The notes below the pieces were generated by a model. It had not been told where the DNA came from, made no database searches, and saw only the letters and a list, made by a program, of their open reading frames with translations. 64,000 bases of DNA. Source: an uncultured Bacteroidales bacterium (GTDB lineage Bacteria; Bacteroidota; Bacteroidia; Bacteroidales; P3). Within the stretch, counting starts at the first letter, position 1; each line of letters begins with the position of its first letter. The DNA is taken from the NCBI GenBank assembly GCA_937881815.1, contig CALGEC010000047.1, positions 103,040 to 167,039 of the forward strand. The letters run 5' to 3'. Both the position numbers and the translations under genes were made by a program. Positions 16,541-24,980 of this stretch are shown piece by piece.

Positions 16541-16954
16541 TTATAACTTAACTGCGGTTCTTGTATAACCTTTTGTTTTATCATCTACTTTTATATCAAA
16601 CTTAAAAGTAATTGAATCTCCATCTAATGCAGCTGAACCTACTAAACGATACATTCCACTGACCATTTGATCAAAATTTGCACTTTTTGAAGTAACTTTT
16701 GCAGAGATTTCACAAGAAGAATTTAACCCAAATAATTCTCCTCCAATAAGAATATTGTTGTCATCGACTTTCTTAATATTCCCAACATAAGCAGCCTTCG
16801 TTGATTTAGGGAAAACTATTTCCTCACTTATTTTCCATCTTCCTTCCCAATCTGTTGCATCATATGTTACCCCATCTTCCACACAAGAAAAGAAAGAAAA
16901 CGAAACCATAGTTAGAAAAACAAGGAAAATTCCCTTCCAATACATCTTATTCAT
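16541..16954 (-). CDS. small lipoprotein, lipocalin-like hypothetical
   Basis: Track ORF starts at 16990, but a TATCTTTG -7 box (16980-16987) lies downstream of that ATG. I prefer ATG 16954 (MNKMYWKGIFLVFLTMVSFSFFSC, lipobox-like Cys). The WEGRWKISEE motif resembles lipocalin-like domains. Confidence 0.45.
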   Translation of the reverse strand: MNKMYWKGIFLVFLTMVSFSFFSCVEDGVTYDATDWEGRWKISEEIVFPKSTKAAYVGNIKKVDDNNILIGGELFGLNSSCEISAKVTSKSANFDQMVSGMYRLVGSAALDGDSITFKFDIKVDDKTKGYTRTAVKL

Positions 16955-16979
16955 CTCTATAAAATTTAATTTTTCACGG

Positions 16980-16987
16980 CAAAGATA
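16980..16987 (-). promoter_or_regulatory. -7 box TATCTTTG upstream of the lipocalin-like lipoprotein gene
   Basis: Plus strand caaagata. Lies between the track ATG (16990) and the preferred ATG (16954). Confidence 0.45.
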
Positions 16988-16997
16988 CACATTTTTT

Positions 16998-18551
16998 TTA
17001 ATCTACTCTATATAGACCATTAGTTATCTGCTCAATTGTAAAAGAAGTATAAACTATACAATAATCATTTGGTTCTTCCTCAAATAAAAATCCTACTTTA
17101 TTATCGCTTTGCAAAATCATAGTAGAATAAGCAGAAAGTCTATCGCTTACTTGTATGCCTTTTGTCCAATTTTCTGCTAAAGTAATAGGTGTATATTGCT
17201 TATCATCTACTAATTCTTTAAAAAAGATTGTAACATTTTTGCGATTATCTCCCGTTGGTAATGACTGCAAAAGCAAATCGCATTCTTTATTAGTTTGATT
17301 GTTTATTACCCTTACCTTTAACAACTCTCCATTACAAGAATTTGCCCCAACAGAAATACCTCCATTCACCTCATTACTACAAATCGCTGTTTGCCAATAA
17401 CCTTTTGCAGTTTCAATGTCTGTAAACCTAAAAATATTGAAAAAACGTCCATGAGATTTTCTACTACTAATAACAATAGAGCCGTCATTTAACTCCTCTA
17501 CCTTTGCTTCATCGCCACCTTTTACACAAATACCTTCTAAAAGATTCCACGACTGACCAAAATCATCAGAGTAAACAACATAATTATCATGCCCATTAGC
17601 ACTATTTGTTAATAAAGAAGCGTAAAGACGATAGTATTTACTGTTTTTCGCTTTAAAAATCTTTGATTGAACAATTCTTCCAGAGGCAAAAAACATACTA
17701 TAAACCTCTGGCAATATCGGTTGATACTCTCCTTTTACATTCATAAACATAGAAGTAACGTCTTCTGCTTTTTCCCAAGATTTTCCTCCATCTTTACTTC
17801 TTATTCTTGCCATAAAATTATGTTTCTCTTTGGTTGCAGAAGGGAATGCTTGCCTTCCTGCAACACACATAATCAAAACCTCATCACTTTCTCTATCTGC
17901 CACAATTGCAACATCACCAAAACCACACTCAAACACATTTTTATCTCCTCCAAATCCATCAGCAATAAATTCTTCTTCACTCCAATTTTTATAATCTTTT
18001 GAAGTCCTAATCTTTAAATCAACTTCCCCATATCCAATATCAGCCCAACAAGGTCTGTGATCACAAATCGCAAGCAAAGTTCCATCAAAAGTTTGAGCCA
18101 AAGCAGGAATACGATAAGGCTTATTAGTCTTGTTATCTAAGGAATAATAAAGATATTGATACCTATTGCTGTTATCTATTTTTAAATCAATAAATACAGT
18201 ATCATTTATTTCTTTAACTCTTTTTGAAAAAGTAGTTTTTAGTTTTTCTTTCCCATTTCTAATATCACAAACAAAACCCCTATAAGATTTTACCTGCATA
18301 TTAAGAAGGGAATCATAATGGCAACTTTTACCAATAGTTAATTTATCTCCAACAAAAACCGTTTCATTAAACAATTTTTTGTTGCCTATCTTCAAAACAA
18401 CATCTGCAACTCTTTCATTAGTAGAAAAAATAGAGGAGTCTGCGATAGAAAAACAAAAAACTATTAGTTTTTCATTTTTTTCTGCGAAAGAATATTTTGA
18501 AACAAAGAATAAAATCGCTAAAACAAAGAATAAAAAAACTCTTTTCATCAT
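16998..18551 (-). CDS. exo-alpha-sialidase (GH33) with N-terminal accessory domain
   Basis: 517 aa. Signal peptide, YRIPALAQT (RIP motif), and Asp-boxes SKDGGKSW and SDDFGQSW. Confidence 0.85.
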   Translation of the reverse strand: MMKRVFLFFVLAILFFVSKYSFAEKNEKLIVFCFSIADSSIFSTNERVADVVLKIGNKKLFNETVFVGDKLTIGKSCHYDSLLNMQVKSYRGFVCDIRNGKEKLKTTFSKRVKEINDTVFIDLKIDNSNRYQYLYYSLDNKTNKPYRIPALAQTFDGTLLAICDHRPCWADIGYGEVDLKIRTSKDYKNWSEEEFIADGFGGDKNVFECGFGDVAIVADRESDEVLIMCVAGRQAFPSATKEKHNFMARIRSKDGGKSWEKAEDVTSMFMNVKGEYQPILPEVYSMFFASGRIVQSKIFKAKNSKYYRLYASLLTNSANGHDNYVVYSDDFGQSWNLLEGICVKGGDEAKVEELNDGSIVISSRKSHGRFFNIFRFTDIETAKGYWQTAICSNEVNGGISVGANSCNGELLKVRVINNQTNKECDLLLQSLPTGDNRKNVTIFFKELVDDKQYTPITLAENWTKGIQVSDRLSAYSTMILQSDNKVGFLFEEEPNDYCIVYTSFTIEQITNGLYRVD

Positions 18552-18570
18552 TTATTAAGATTATTTTCAG

Positions 18571-18578
18571 CAAAGATA
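18571..18578 (-). promoter_or_regulatory. -7 box TATCTTTG upstream of the sialidase gene
   Basis: Plus strand caaagata, 19 nt from ATG 18551, immediately after the terminator hairpin. Confidence 0.55.
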
Positions 18579-18580
18579 TA

Positions 18581-18614
18581 AAAAAAGACGAGAATATAAT
18601 CTCGTCTTTTTTTT
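18581..18614 (-). terminator. rho-independent terminator after the GLUG/FN3 T9SS gene
   Basis: aaaaaagacgag / aatataat / ctcgtctttttt, flanked by A and T runs on both sides. Confidence 0.75.
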
Positions 18615-18640
18615 AAAAGCAATTATTATTTAATATCAAT

Positions 18641-21600
18641 CTATTCTACTACTATCTTGGCAGTTTCTGCTACTCTATTAACAAATGCTTTCACAAAATA
18701 TACTCCCGCAGGAACTTCGTTGAGAGCGAAATTATAAGAGCTTGTTTCGTACACTTTTTGACCAACATTATTATAAACCTCTATTTTCAAATTTGGTATT
18801 TCACTCTTAATTGTTACTTCTCTATTTTGATTTGTAATAGTAACCTCATTAGACTTTATTTCTTCCAATTTTTGTTTTTGTTTAACTAATAATTGGAATC
18901 TTCCTGCATTTTCACCTTCTTCTATTTGTGTTGTGTATTCTGTTCCATTATGAAGTCTTATGTCTTGACCGTTATCTATTAAGAATACAACATATTCTTC
19001 TGGTATATTATCAGCTCTAAAAACAACTGTTGTTGTATCATTACTACGAACATTCATTTGAGCTGTGTAAGGTAAATCTTTCACCTCTTCTTTCTCTAAT
19101 GCAATGCCATCTGTTACTAAATAATGTTCAACAACATTTGATAATGCAAAAAGTTTGTTTGCATCATAATCATCATAACATTGTTCTGCTTTCTTATTTC
19201 TTGCAAAGAAAATTTTTGCTCTTTTTGTTCTTTGAACCAATGATATCTCTATGTATTCTGGAAGTTCTAATACATTTTGAGGAGCATCTGGATAATTAAC
19301 TAATTGAGTCTTTTTGAAAACTACTGAATTATATCCGTTTTTCAAATTAACGAAGAAACCATCTGTAATAGCTAATTCACTTGGATTAGAATATGTTTGA
19401 GTATAACCAGATGTATTGTTTGTTAATTTGTAGATGCGATTACCTTGTATTCTGTCTGCGTTATCTGATAAGAATTGCGCAACATCTAATTTTGCAGTAT
19501 AAGGATTTGATAATGCAATCCAACGGCCAGAAGAGTTATTTCCAGTAACAGGCTTTGTAATTGTTATTTCATCTGCATTATTTAAAGAATAATCAGGTTC
19601 TTTGCTATAATCATACGAACCAATATGACCTGATGTTTGAGAATTATCATCCCATACATAAAGATCTCCGTAAGTTGTGTATGTTATAGTTCCTCCATAG
19701 AAAGGCCAAGCAAAATATCCTTCTCCTGTTCCTACTTGTGTTTGATAAGTTTCCCAATTTTCACTCCAAGAATTTGTAGAATAATCAAATAAAGACACAG
19801 AAACATCTCTTTGAACTGGTTTTATTGCTTCTAATTTATATGGTTCAAAAGGTGCTCCAATAAATGCCCATTTACCATTTTCTAAAATTGGTGTAGAAAC
19901 CTCAACAATTCCTCCAACATTATTATCAGTTAAATTTATCAATTCACCTGAAATAACTAAGATACCATCGTTTTCTATTTCACAATTGTTTTTTAAAATC
20001 AAAGTGTGATTGATTGTAACAGTATGTCCTTCGTTTATTTTAATATGTCCAAAGGCTCCCGAAGGCACTCTGCCTCCCTGCCAAGTTGATGCAATGTTAA
20101 AAGGTCCTGTTTGAACTGTTTCAAATTGGTCCGACTCCGTTGTGAAAGTAATTGTTCTTGCTTCACTCCAACCTTCTCCACATTGTTCTCTAACTTCTAC
20201 AGTGTAAGTTGTGTTAGGAGTTAGGTTTGTATATGTGATTGTGCGAGCTGTTTGTTCTTTTGACGCACCGCCTTGCAATATTATTTGATAACGAAGATTT
20301 TGAAGAGGGCTTTGTGTACCCCAAGATATAGTTGCTGTATTTATTCCGATATTTGAAACAGAAAGATTATTAACAGGATAACAAGGTTCTTGTTCTGTTC
20401 CTACAGGCATAGTAATTGCTCCGACATAATCCTCACCACACTTTACTCTTATAGTAACTTCATAACTTTGATTAGCATTTAGACCTGTAACTGTTTGAGA
20501 AAGATTAGATGTTCCTATTACATCATAATCATTATAAACAACTCCATTTACTAATAACTGACAATCAGCAGGAGTATTCCAACTTACAACAAATGAATTA
20601 TATGTTATATTGCTGAATTGAATATTTGTTGGGTAAGGACAATCAACAGTAAATTCTTCAGTAACTGATTTAGAAAGTAAACCATTTTTTAAAGTTGAAC
20701 AATCAGTGTAAACAGTAATTGTATAAGGATTAGGACTTGGTTCTAAATTTCGTGTAATAGTATTTGTGTTTGTGGTACCTGATATACTATCACCTTCTGC
20801 CATATTTCCTCCTTTTATTACATAATTCCATTTATTCTCTGTAAATGTTTGATTTGAGTTTGGACTTGCAATAGTAATTGTAACCGTTCCATTATTCTTT
20901 GCAATAGTAAGCCCCGTTGGAGTTTCACAAGCACCACTTAAATCTCCAATAAGCATAATAACATTACAATCATTGTCCAATGCAAAAAGGATATTTGGAT
21001 CATTACTTACTGCAGCATTAAGTCGATTCACTATATTTTGATTCCCCGCACAATTAGACGCAGGTCCAGAGTAATTGTTTGTTGAGCTAGAACTATTAGT
21101 AATTTGGTTTTCTTCTCCACCTGGATTCACACTACCTTCTCCATAACTATTACTAATAGCAGGACTCCCACCGTCCACATTTCCATTAGCCACCCCACTC
21201 GCACTTTTATCAGACCATCGTCCTGTTAAATTAGCGGTAACATCTGCATTAGAATAACAAGAACTCACGCTTGAATTATTATCTGCAAAACCAATTATAC
21301 CGCCCGCATAAGATCCTCTTCCTGAGCTAATCAAACCTCCAATAATATCACTAAAAGAACCTCCTTGATATTCAGATGTGACGCTTCCTGAGAAAGAAGA
21401 TCCATACACATCTCCACTTGTAGCTTGTCCCACAATTCCACCTGCGTATCCAAAAGCAGTAATTGTTCCAGAAACAGAGCAATATTCTATTCTTGAATTA
21501 TTCATTTTCCCGACCAATAGCCCTGTTGCAACTCTAGCCCAAGCTTCTACTGTAAAATTTGTTGAATTTATTACGCTATTAATCACATTACAACCACTTA

Positions 21601-21991
21601 TCTTAGCATTTTGACCATCTAAATACCCGCATAACAATCCAATATTCGCTGTTGTATTACCCGTAGCGGTAAGAGAACTATTCGCAATATTAAGATTTTT
21701 TATTTGTCCTGTTACTGTTCCAAATAACCCTAACGCAACATTAGCAGTAGTCGCTTCAAAAGTCGCATTGTAAGTTATTGTATAACCTCCACCATCGTAT
21801 ACTCCAGAAAATGTAGGAATAATTGCAGTGTTTTTTTCAAAGTCCCCCAACTCAATATTCGCAGTTTGAATGTAATTACCACCCGGTTCCATTTCAAGAA
21901 ATTGGGCTTTTGTAGAAATTGGCGTTTGTGCAAACGCACTAAAACTTAGCATTACTATTGCTAAAAAAGATAATAAATGTTTTTTTATCAT
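18641..21991 (-). CDS. large secreted surface protein: GLUG-motif repeats, FN3-like repeats, T9SS C-terminal sorting domain
   Basis: 1116 aa. Signal peptide; GLUG-like repeats (GYAGGIVGQA, YAGGIIGFA); three Ig/FN3-like units (NQSYEVTIRV, NTTYTVEVRE); C-terminal IEVYNNVGQKVYE...AGVYFVKAF...AKIVVE typical of T9SS type A CTDs. Confidence 0.7.
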   Translation of the reverse strand: MIKKHLLSFLAIVMLSFSAFAQTPISTKAQFLEMEPGGNYIQTANIELGDFEKNTAIIPTFSGVYDGGGYTITYNATFEATTANVALGLFGTVTGQIKNLNIANSSLTATGNTTANIGLLCGYLDGQNAKISGCNVINSVINSTNFTVEAWARVATGLLVGKMNNSRIEYCSVSGTITAFGYAGGIVGQATSGDVYGSSFSGSVTSEYQGGSFSDIIGGLISSGRGSYAGGIIGFADNNSSVSSCYSNADVTANLTGRWSDKSASGVANGNVDGGSPAISNSYGEGSVNPGGEENQITNSSSSTNNYSGPASNCAGNQNIVNRLNAAVSNDPNILFALDNDCNVIMLIGDLSGACETPTGLTIAKNNGTVTITIASPNSNQTFTENKWNYVIKGGNMAEGDSISGTTNTNTITRNLEPSPNPYTITVYTDCSTLKNGLLSKSVTEEFTVDCPYPTNIQFSNITYNSFVVSWNTPADCQLLVNGVVYNDYDVIGTSNLSQTVTGLNANQSYEVTIRVKCGEDYVGAITMPVGTEQEPCYPVNNLSVSNIGINTATISWGTQSPLQNLRYQIILQGGASKEQTARTITYTNLTPNTTYTVEVREQCGEGWSEARTITFTTESDQFETVQTGPFNIASTWQGGRVPSGAFGHIKINEGHTVTINHTLILKNNCEIENDGILVISGELINLTDNNVGGIVEVSTPILENGKWAFIGAPFEPYKLEAIKPVQRDVSVSLFDYSTNSWSENWETYQTQVGTGEGYFAWPFYGGTITYTTYGDLYVWDDNSQTSGHIGSYDYSKEPDYSLNNADEITITKPVTGNNSSGRWIALSNPYTAKLDVAQFLSDNADRIQGNRIYKLTNNTSGYTQTYSNPSELAITDGFFVNLKNGYNSVVFKKTQLVNYPDAPQNVLELPEYIEISLVQRTKRAKIFFARNKKAEQCYDDYDANKLFALSNVVEHYLVTDGIALEKEEVKDLPYTAQMNVRSNDTTTVVFRADNIPEEYVVFLIDNGQDIRLHNGTEYTTQIEEGENAGRFQLLVKQKQKLEEIKSNEVTITNQNREVTIKSEIPNLKIEVYNNVGQKVYETSSYNFALNEVPAGVYFVKAFVNRVAETAKIVVE

Positions 21992-22085
21992 AATACCTAT
22001 TTTTTATTACACCCTTACGAGAAACGAGATAGCGCATAGATTCTCCCTTTTCTCAAAATACAATTTGCTTTATTACAAAACCTTG

Positions 22086-22093
22086 CAAAGATA
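22086..22093 (-). promoter_or_regulatory. -7 box TATCTTTG upstream of the GLUG/FN3 T9SS protein gene
   Basis: Plus strand caaagata, 94 nt from ATG 21991. Confidence 0.5.
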
Positions 22094-22167
22094 ATACAAT
22101 AAAAAAAACTGACCAAGAATATTTTAAAAAAAAATCAAGTATTGCCCAAAAAAGGCAAAGAAATAGT

Positions 22168-22232
22168 AAAATAAAACAAAGAAATAATTTTTAAATTCTT
22201 TGTTTTAAAAAATTATTTCTTTGTTTTATTTT
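22168..22232. repeat. 28/29-bp AT-rich inverted repeat with 8-nt loop downstream of gpsA
   Basis: Left arm 22168-22195 aaaataaaacaaagaaataatttttaaa; right arm 22204-22232 tttaaaaaattatttctttgttttatttt. Complementary apart from a one-nt bulge. Confidence 0.85.
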
Positions 22233-22236
22233 TTTA
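22196..22236. repeat. 41-nt intergenic repeat, copy 1
   Basis: ttctttgttttaaaaaattatttctttgTtttattttttta. 40/41 identical to 43647-43687. Confidence 0.85.
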
Positions 22237-22259
22237 ATTGAAAGAGTTTTTAAACTGCT

Positions 22260-23249
22260 TTATTTGAAAGTTTCGCTTAATTGTTGTAATTCTTGAATTA
22301 AAGGTGAGCCTTGATAGAGTATTTTATAGGCAAAATCTGCTATTGGCATATTTACATTTAATTCTGAATTTGTTTTATGAATGCAATCTGTTGCATAATA
22401 TCCTTCGGCCACCATTGACATTTCTAATTGTGCAGACTTAACTGTGTAGCCTTGCCCAATCATTTGTCCGAAAGTACGATTGCGAGAATGTTGTGAGTAT
22501 GCTGTTACCAATAAATCACCTAAATAAACGAAGTTATTAGTATCTCGCATTTCGTTTTTAGCCACAACATTTAAAAATCTTTGCATTTCTTGTGCTGCAT
22601 TGGATATTAAGACTGATATAAAGTTGTCTCCATAGCCTGCTCCTTTGCAAATGCCGGCTGTAAGTGCATATATATTTTTCAAAACTGCCGAATATTCAAT
22701 TCCTCTTATATCGGTAGAAGTGCGTGTTTTGACAAATCTGCACGCAAATCTGTTTGCAAGTTGTTGTGCAAGAGATTGGCTATGTGCTCCTATGGTTAAA
22801 TATGTCATTCCGTCTTGTGCGATTTCTTCTGCGTGAGAAGGACCACTGAGAACGGCTTGTTGCTCTAATTCAACCTTAAATTGAGTTTGAAGATAATCTG
22901 CAACTATTTGATTGGTTGAAGGAATAATTCCTTTTGTTGCACTGATTATGGTTTTATTTTCAAAGTCTGATGGGGATAAGTCTTGTAATGATTTTTCTAC
23001 AAAGGCAGAAGGAATTACTAAAACTATGGTATCGGTTGAGGAAACAACTTTTTTTAGGTCTGTTGTAATCTCTATTTTACTTGTATCTAATTGACAAGAA
23101 CGCAAAAAGAGAGGGTTTCGTCCATATTGACGTACTCCCTCTACTATTTCTGTTTCTCTAACCCACCAATATACTTTATCGTGGTTTTGGGTTGCTATTT
23201 TAACTATTGCAGTCGCCCAACTACCACTTCCTAATACTGCTATATTCAT
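22260..23249 (-). CDS. gpsA: NAD(P)H-dependent glycerol-3-phosphate dehydrogenase
   Basis: 329 aa. N-terminal IAVLGSGSWATAI Rossmann motif, with GPSHAEE and KNIYALTAGI motifs. Confidence 0.9.
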   Translation of the reverse strand: MNIAVLGSGSWATAIVKIATQNHDKVYWWVRETEIVEGVRQYGRNPLFLRSCQLDTSKIEITTDLKKVVSSTDTIVLVIPSAFVEKSLQDLSPSDFENKTIISATKGIIPSTNQIVADYLQTQFKVELEQQAVLSGPSHAEEIAQDGMTYLTIGAHSQSLAQQLANRFACRFVKTRTSTDIRGIEYSAVLKNIYALTAGICKGAGYGDNFISVLISNAAQEMQRFLNVVAKNEMRDTNNFVYLGDLLVTAYSQHSRNRTFGQMIGQGYTVKSAQLEMSMVAEGYYATDCIHKTNSELNVNMPIADFAYKILYQGSPLIQELQQLSETFK

Positions 23250-23251
23250 TT

Positions 23252-24886
23252 TTATAGCCCTAATACTTTTTTACCTTGTTCGTATCTTATGTCTTTTGGA
23301 ATGCTCTTTCCATTTATTAGGTCAAGTGTTTCTTGAAGACTTTTACGTATTTGACCATTCTTTTCAGAATACGCTTTTGCTCCTTCAATGTCTCCTGTAC
23401 CTTCTACTTCTAAGATTTTTGCTGCCCAAGAGTTAATAGCGTTAAATGCGTTTGCATAGTTTATTGTATAGATTCCATCTTGGTTTTTAGCGAATGCTTT
23501 GTTGTCTTCAAAGTAATTGAAGCACATCATATTGGCTACTCCGTGTGCAGAAGCGGCTCCGAAACGTACTGAACGCAAAATTCCTGCTATAAATGTGGTT
23601 ACTGCATCTTCTTTTGTGATTGAAGTGATTTCTCCTTTGTCTATCAATGAGCAAACCATATATAATCCTAAGATATCTGCTTTTGCTTCTTCCCATGATG
23701 AGTATTGATTTCCTAAAGCTTGTCTTACACCACCTTTTCCATTGATTGTGTTTTTGATTCCTAAGCCGTGAGCAACTTCATGGAAGGTTACGTTGTAGAA
23801 AAATGCGTCAAATTTTACTTTTGCTAATTGTTCTTGTGATAATATGTTTTCTGCAATAGGGTAAAGTATCTTATCAAATTTTGCTTTCATTGCATTCTTT
23901 AATTGAAGACGTCTTGCTCCTTTTGCTAATTGTACTCTTTCGTCATTTGGAAGATTGATTGCGATTGTTTTACTACCAGAATTACAATCTCCTGCATAGA
24001 ATATTACATCATATACGTTAAGATCTGATTCTGTTCCTGGAACTTCTTGTTTGAATTTAGGATCACAAGGTAATTCTTTTTGAAGTTGAGGAAGCATTGC
24101 TGTGAATTTTGCAAGTTTTGCACTTTCTTCTTCATCTTTTACTAAGATAAATGCTTCGTATGCTGCTTTTGCTCCAAATAAACGGTCTTCATAGTTTTCT
24201 ATTGGTCCTACAACGAAATCTAAATGACTACTTTTCATATCCATCCAAGCCATATCTGATGCGAAATAATCATCTGTTTGGAAGGCTTTCTTTCTTTCTT
24301 CTAAGTATTTCTTTAATCCTGCATCTTCTGCCAAAGGAATTGCTTTGTCTAATAAAGCACAAACTTTGTCTATTTGTTGTTTGTATTCTTCTCTATACCA
24401 TTTAACTTGTAGTTTCCCGTCTTTGTCTCTGCGAATTACTGTATAAAGGCTACCTTTGTTTTCATCTGCAAGTGCATCGTATTCTTCTTTTGTCATATCT
24501 TTTGGATAGAAGTTTGCTCCAAGTGGTTTTTCTCCGTATCCGCTTACAAATGGACGCATGCCATCAAGTCTTTCCCAAGGGCCGTAATTAATTAATGCAA
24601 AATCTCTTGTTGCTGGATCTTGGATTTTTTCCATATCGGCTTTATCTCCGTATGATTGCAACCAGAATAATTCGTCCATAATTTCAGCTATATCAAAAAA
24701 GATATTGATTAGTTGTTTTTCTTTGTCATTTAATTTATTGACGTCTGTGGTTAATTGAACCATTGCAAATTCATCTACTTTCTTTTGCATTGCTGAATCT
24801 GTTGTTTCTTGTTTTTCTGCTTTTGTTCCGCATGAGGTTAATAAAATCGCTCCTAATGCAAGAATTGACAATAATTTTTTCTTCAT
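23252..24886 (-). CDS. DPP III-like (M49-related) zinc metallopeptidase lipoprotein
   Basis: 544 aa. Lipoprotein signal (LLTSCG). HEVAHGLG zinc motif followed ~28 residues later by EEAKADILG, resembling the two M49 motifs. Confidence 0.55.
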   Translation of the reverse strand: MKKKLLSILALGAILLTSCGTKAEKQETTDSAMQKKVDEFAMVQLTTDVNKLNDKEKQLINIFFDIAEIMDELFWLQSYGDKADMEKIQDPATRDFALINYGPWERLDGMRPFVSGYGEKPLGANFYPKDMTKEEYDALADENKGSLYTVIRRDKDGKLQVKWYREEYKQQIDKVCALLDKAIPLAEDAGLKKYLEERKKAFQTDDYFASDMAWMDMKSSHLDFVVGPIENYEDRLFGAKAAYEAFILVKDEEESAKLAKFTAMLPQLQKELPCDPKFKQEVPGTESDLNVYDVIFYAGDCNSGSKTIAINLPNDERVQLAKGARRLQLKNAMKAKFDKILYPIAENILSQEQLAKVKFDAFFYNVTFHEVAHGLGIKNTINGKGGVRQALGNQYSSWEEAKADILGLYMVCSLIDKGEITSITKEDAVTTFIAGILRSVRFGAASAHGVANMMCFNYFEDNKAFAKNQDGIYTINYANAFNAINSWAAKILEVEGTGDIEGAKAYSEKNGQIRKSLQETLDLINGKSIPKDIRYEQGKKVLGL

Positions 24887-24980
24887 CTCTTATTCTTATT
24901 AAATTGTTATTCTATTTTTTTATTTGAATCTGCGAAGATAGTATTTTTATCGTGTTCCACAAAATTATTCTTTGTTTTTA

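Noticed and set aside
16955-16990. N-terminal extensions in the ORF track: MYLCREKLNFIE at 16990, and MCNIFLSKTTTLQSTIFK at 7037-7090.
   Set aside because: In both cases a TAnnTTTG -7 box overlaps or lies downstream of the upstream ATG, and the downstream ATG gives a sensible N-terminus (a lipoprotein signal peptide; the start of sigma region 2). The upstream ATGs are probably not transcribed.
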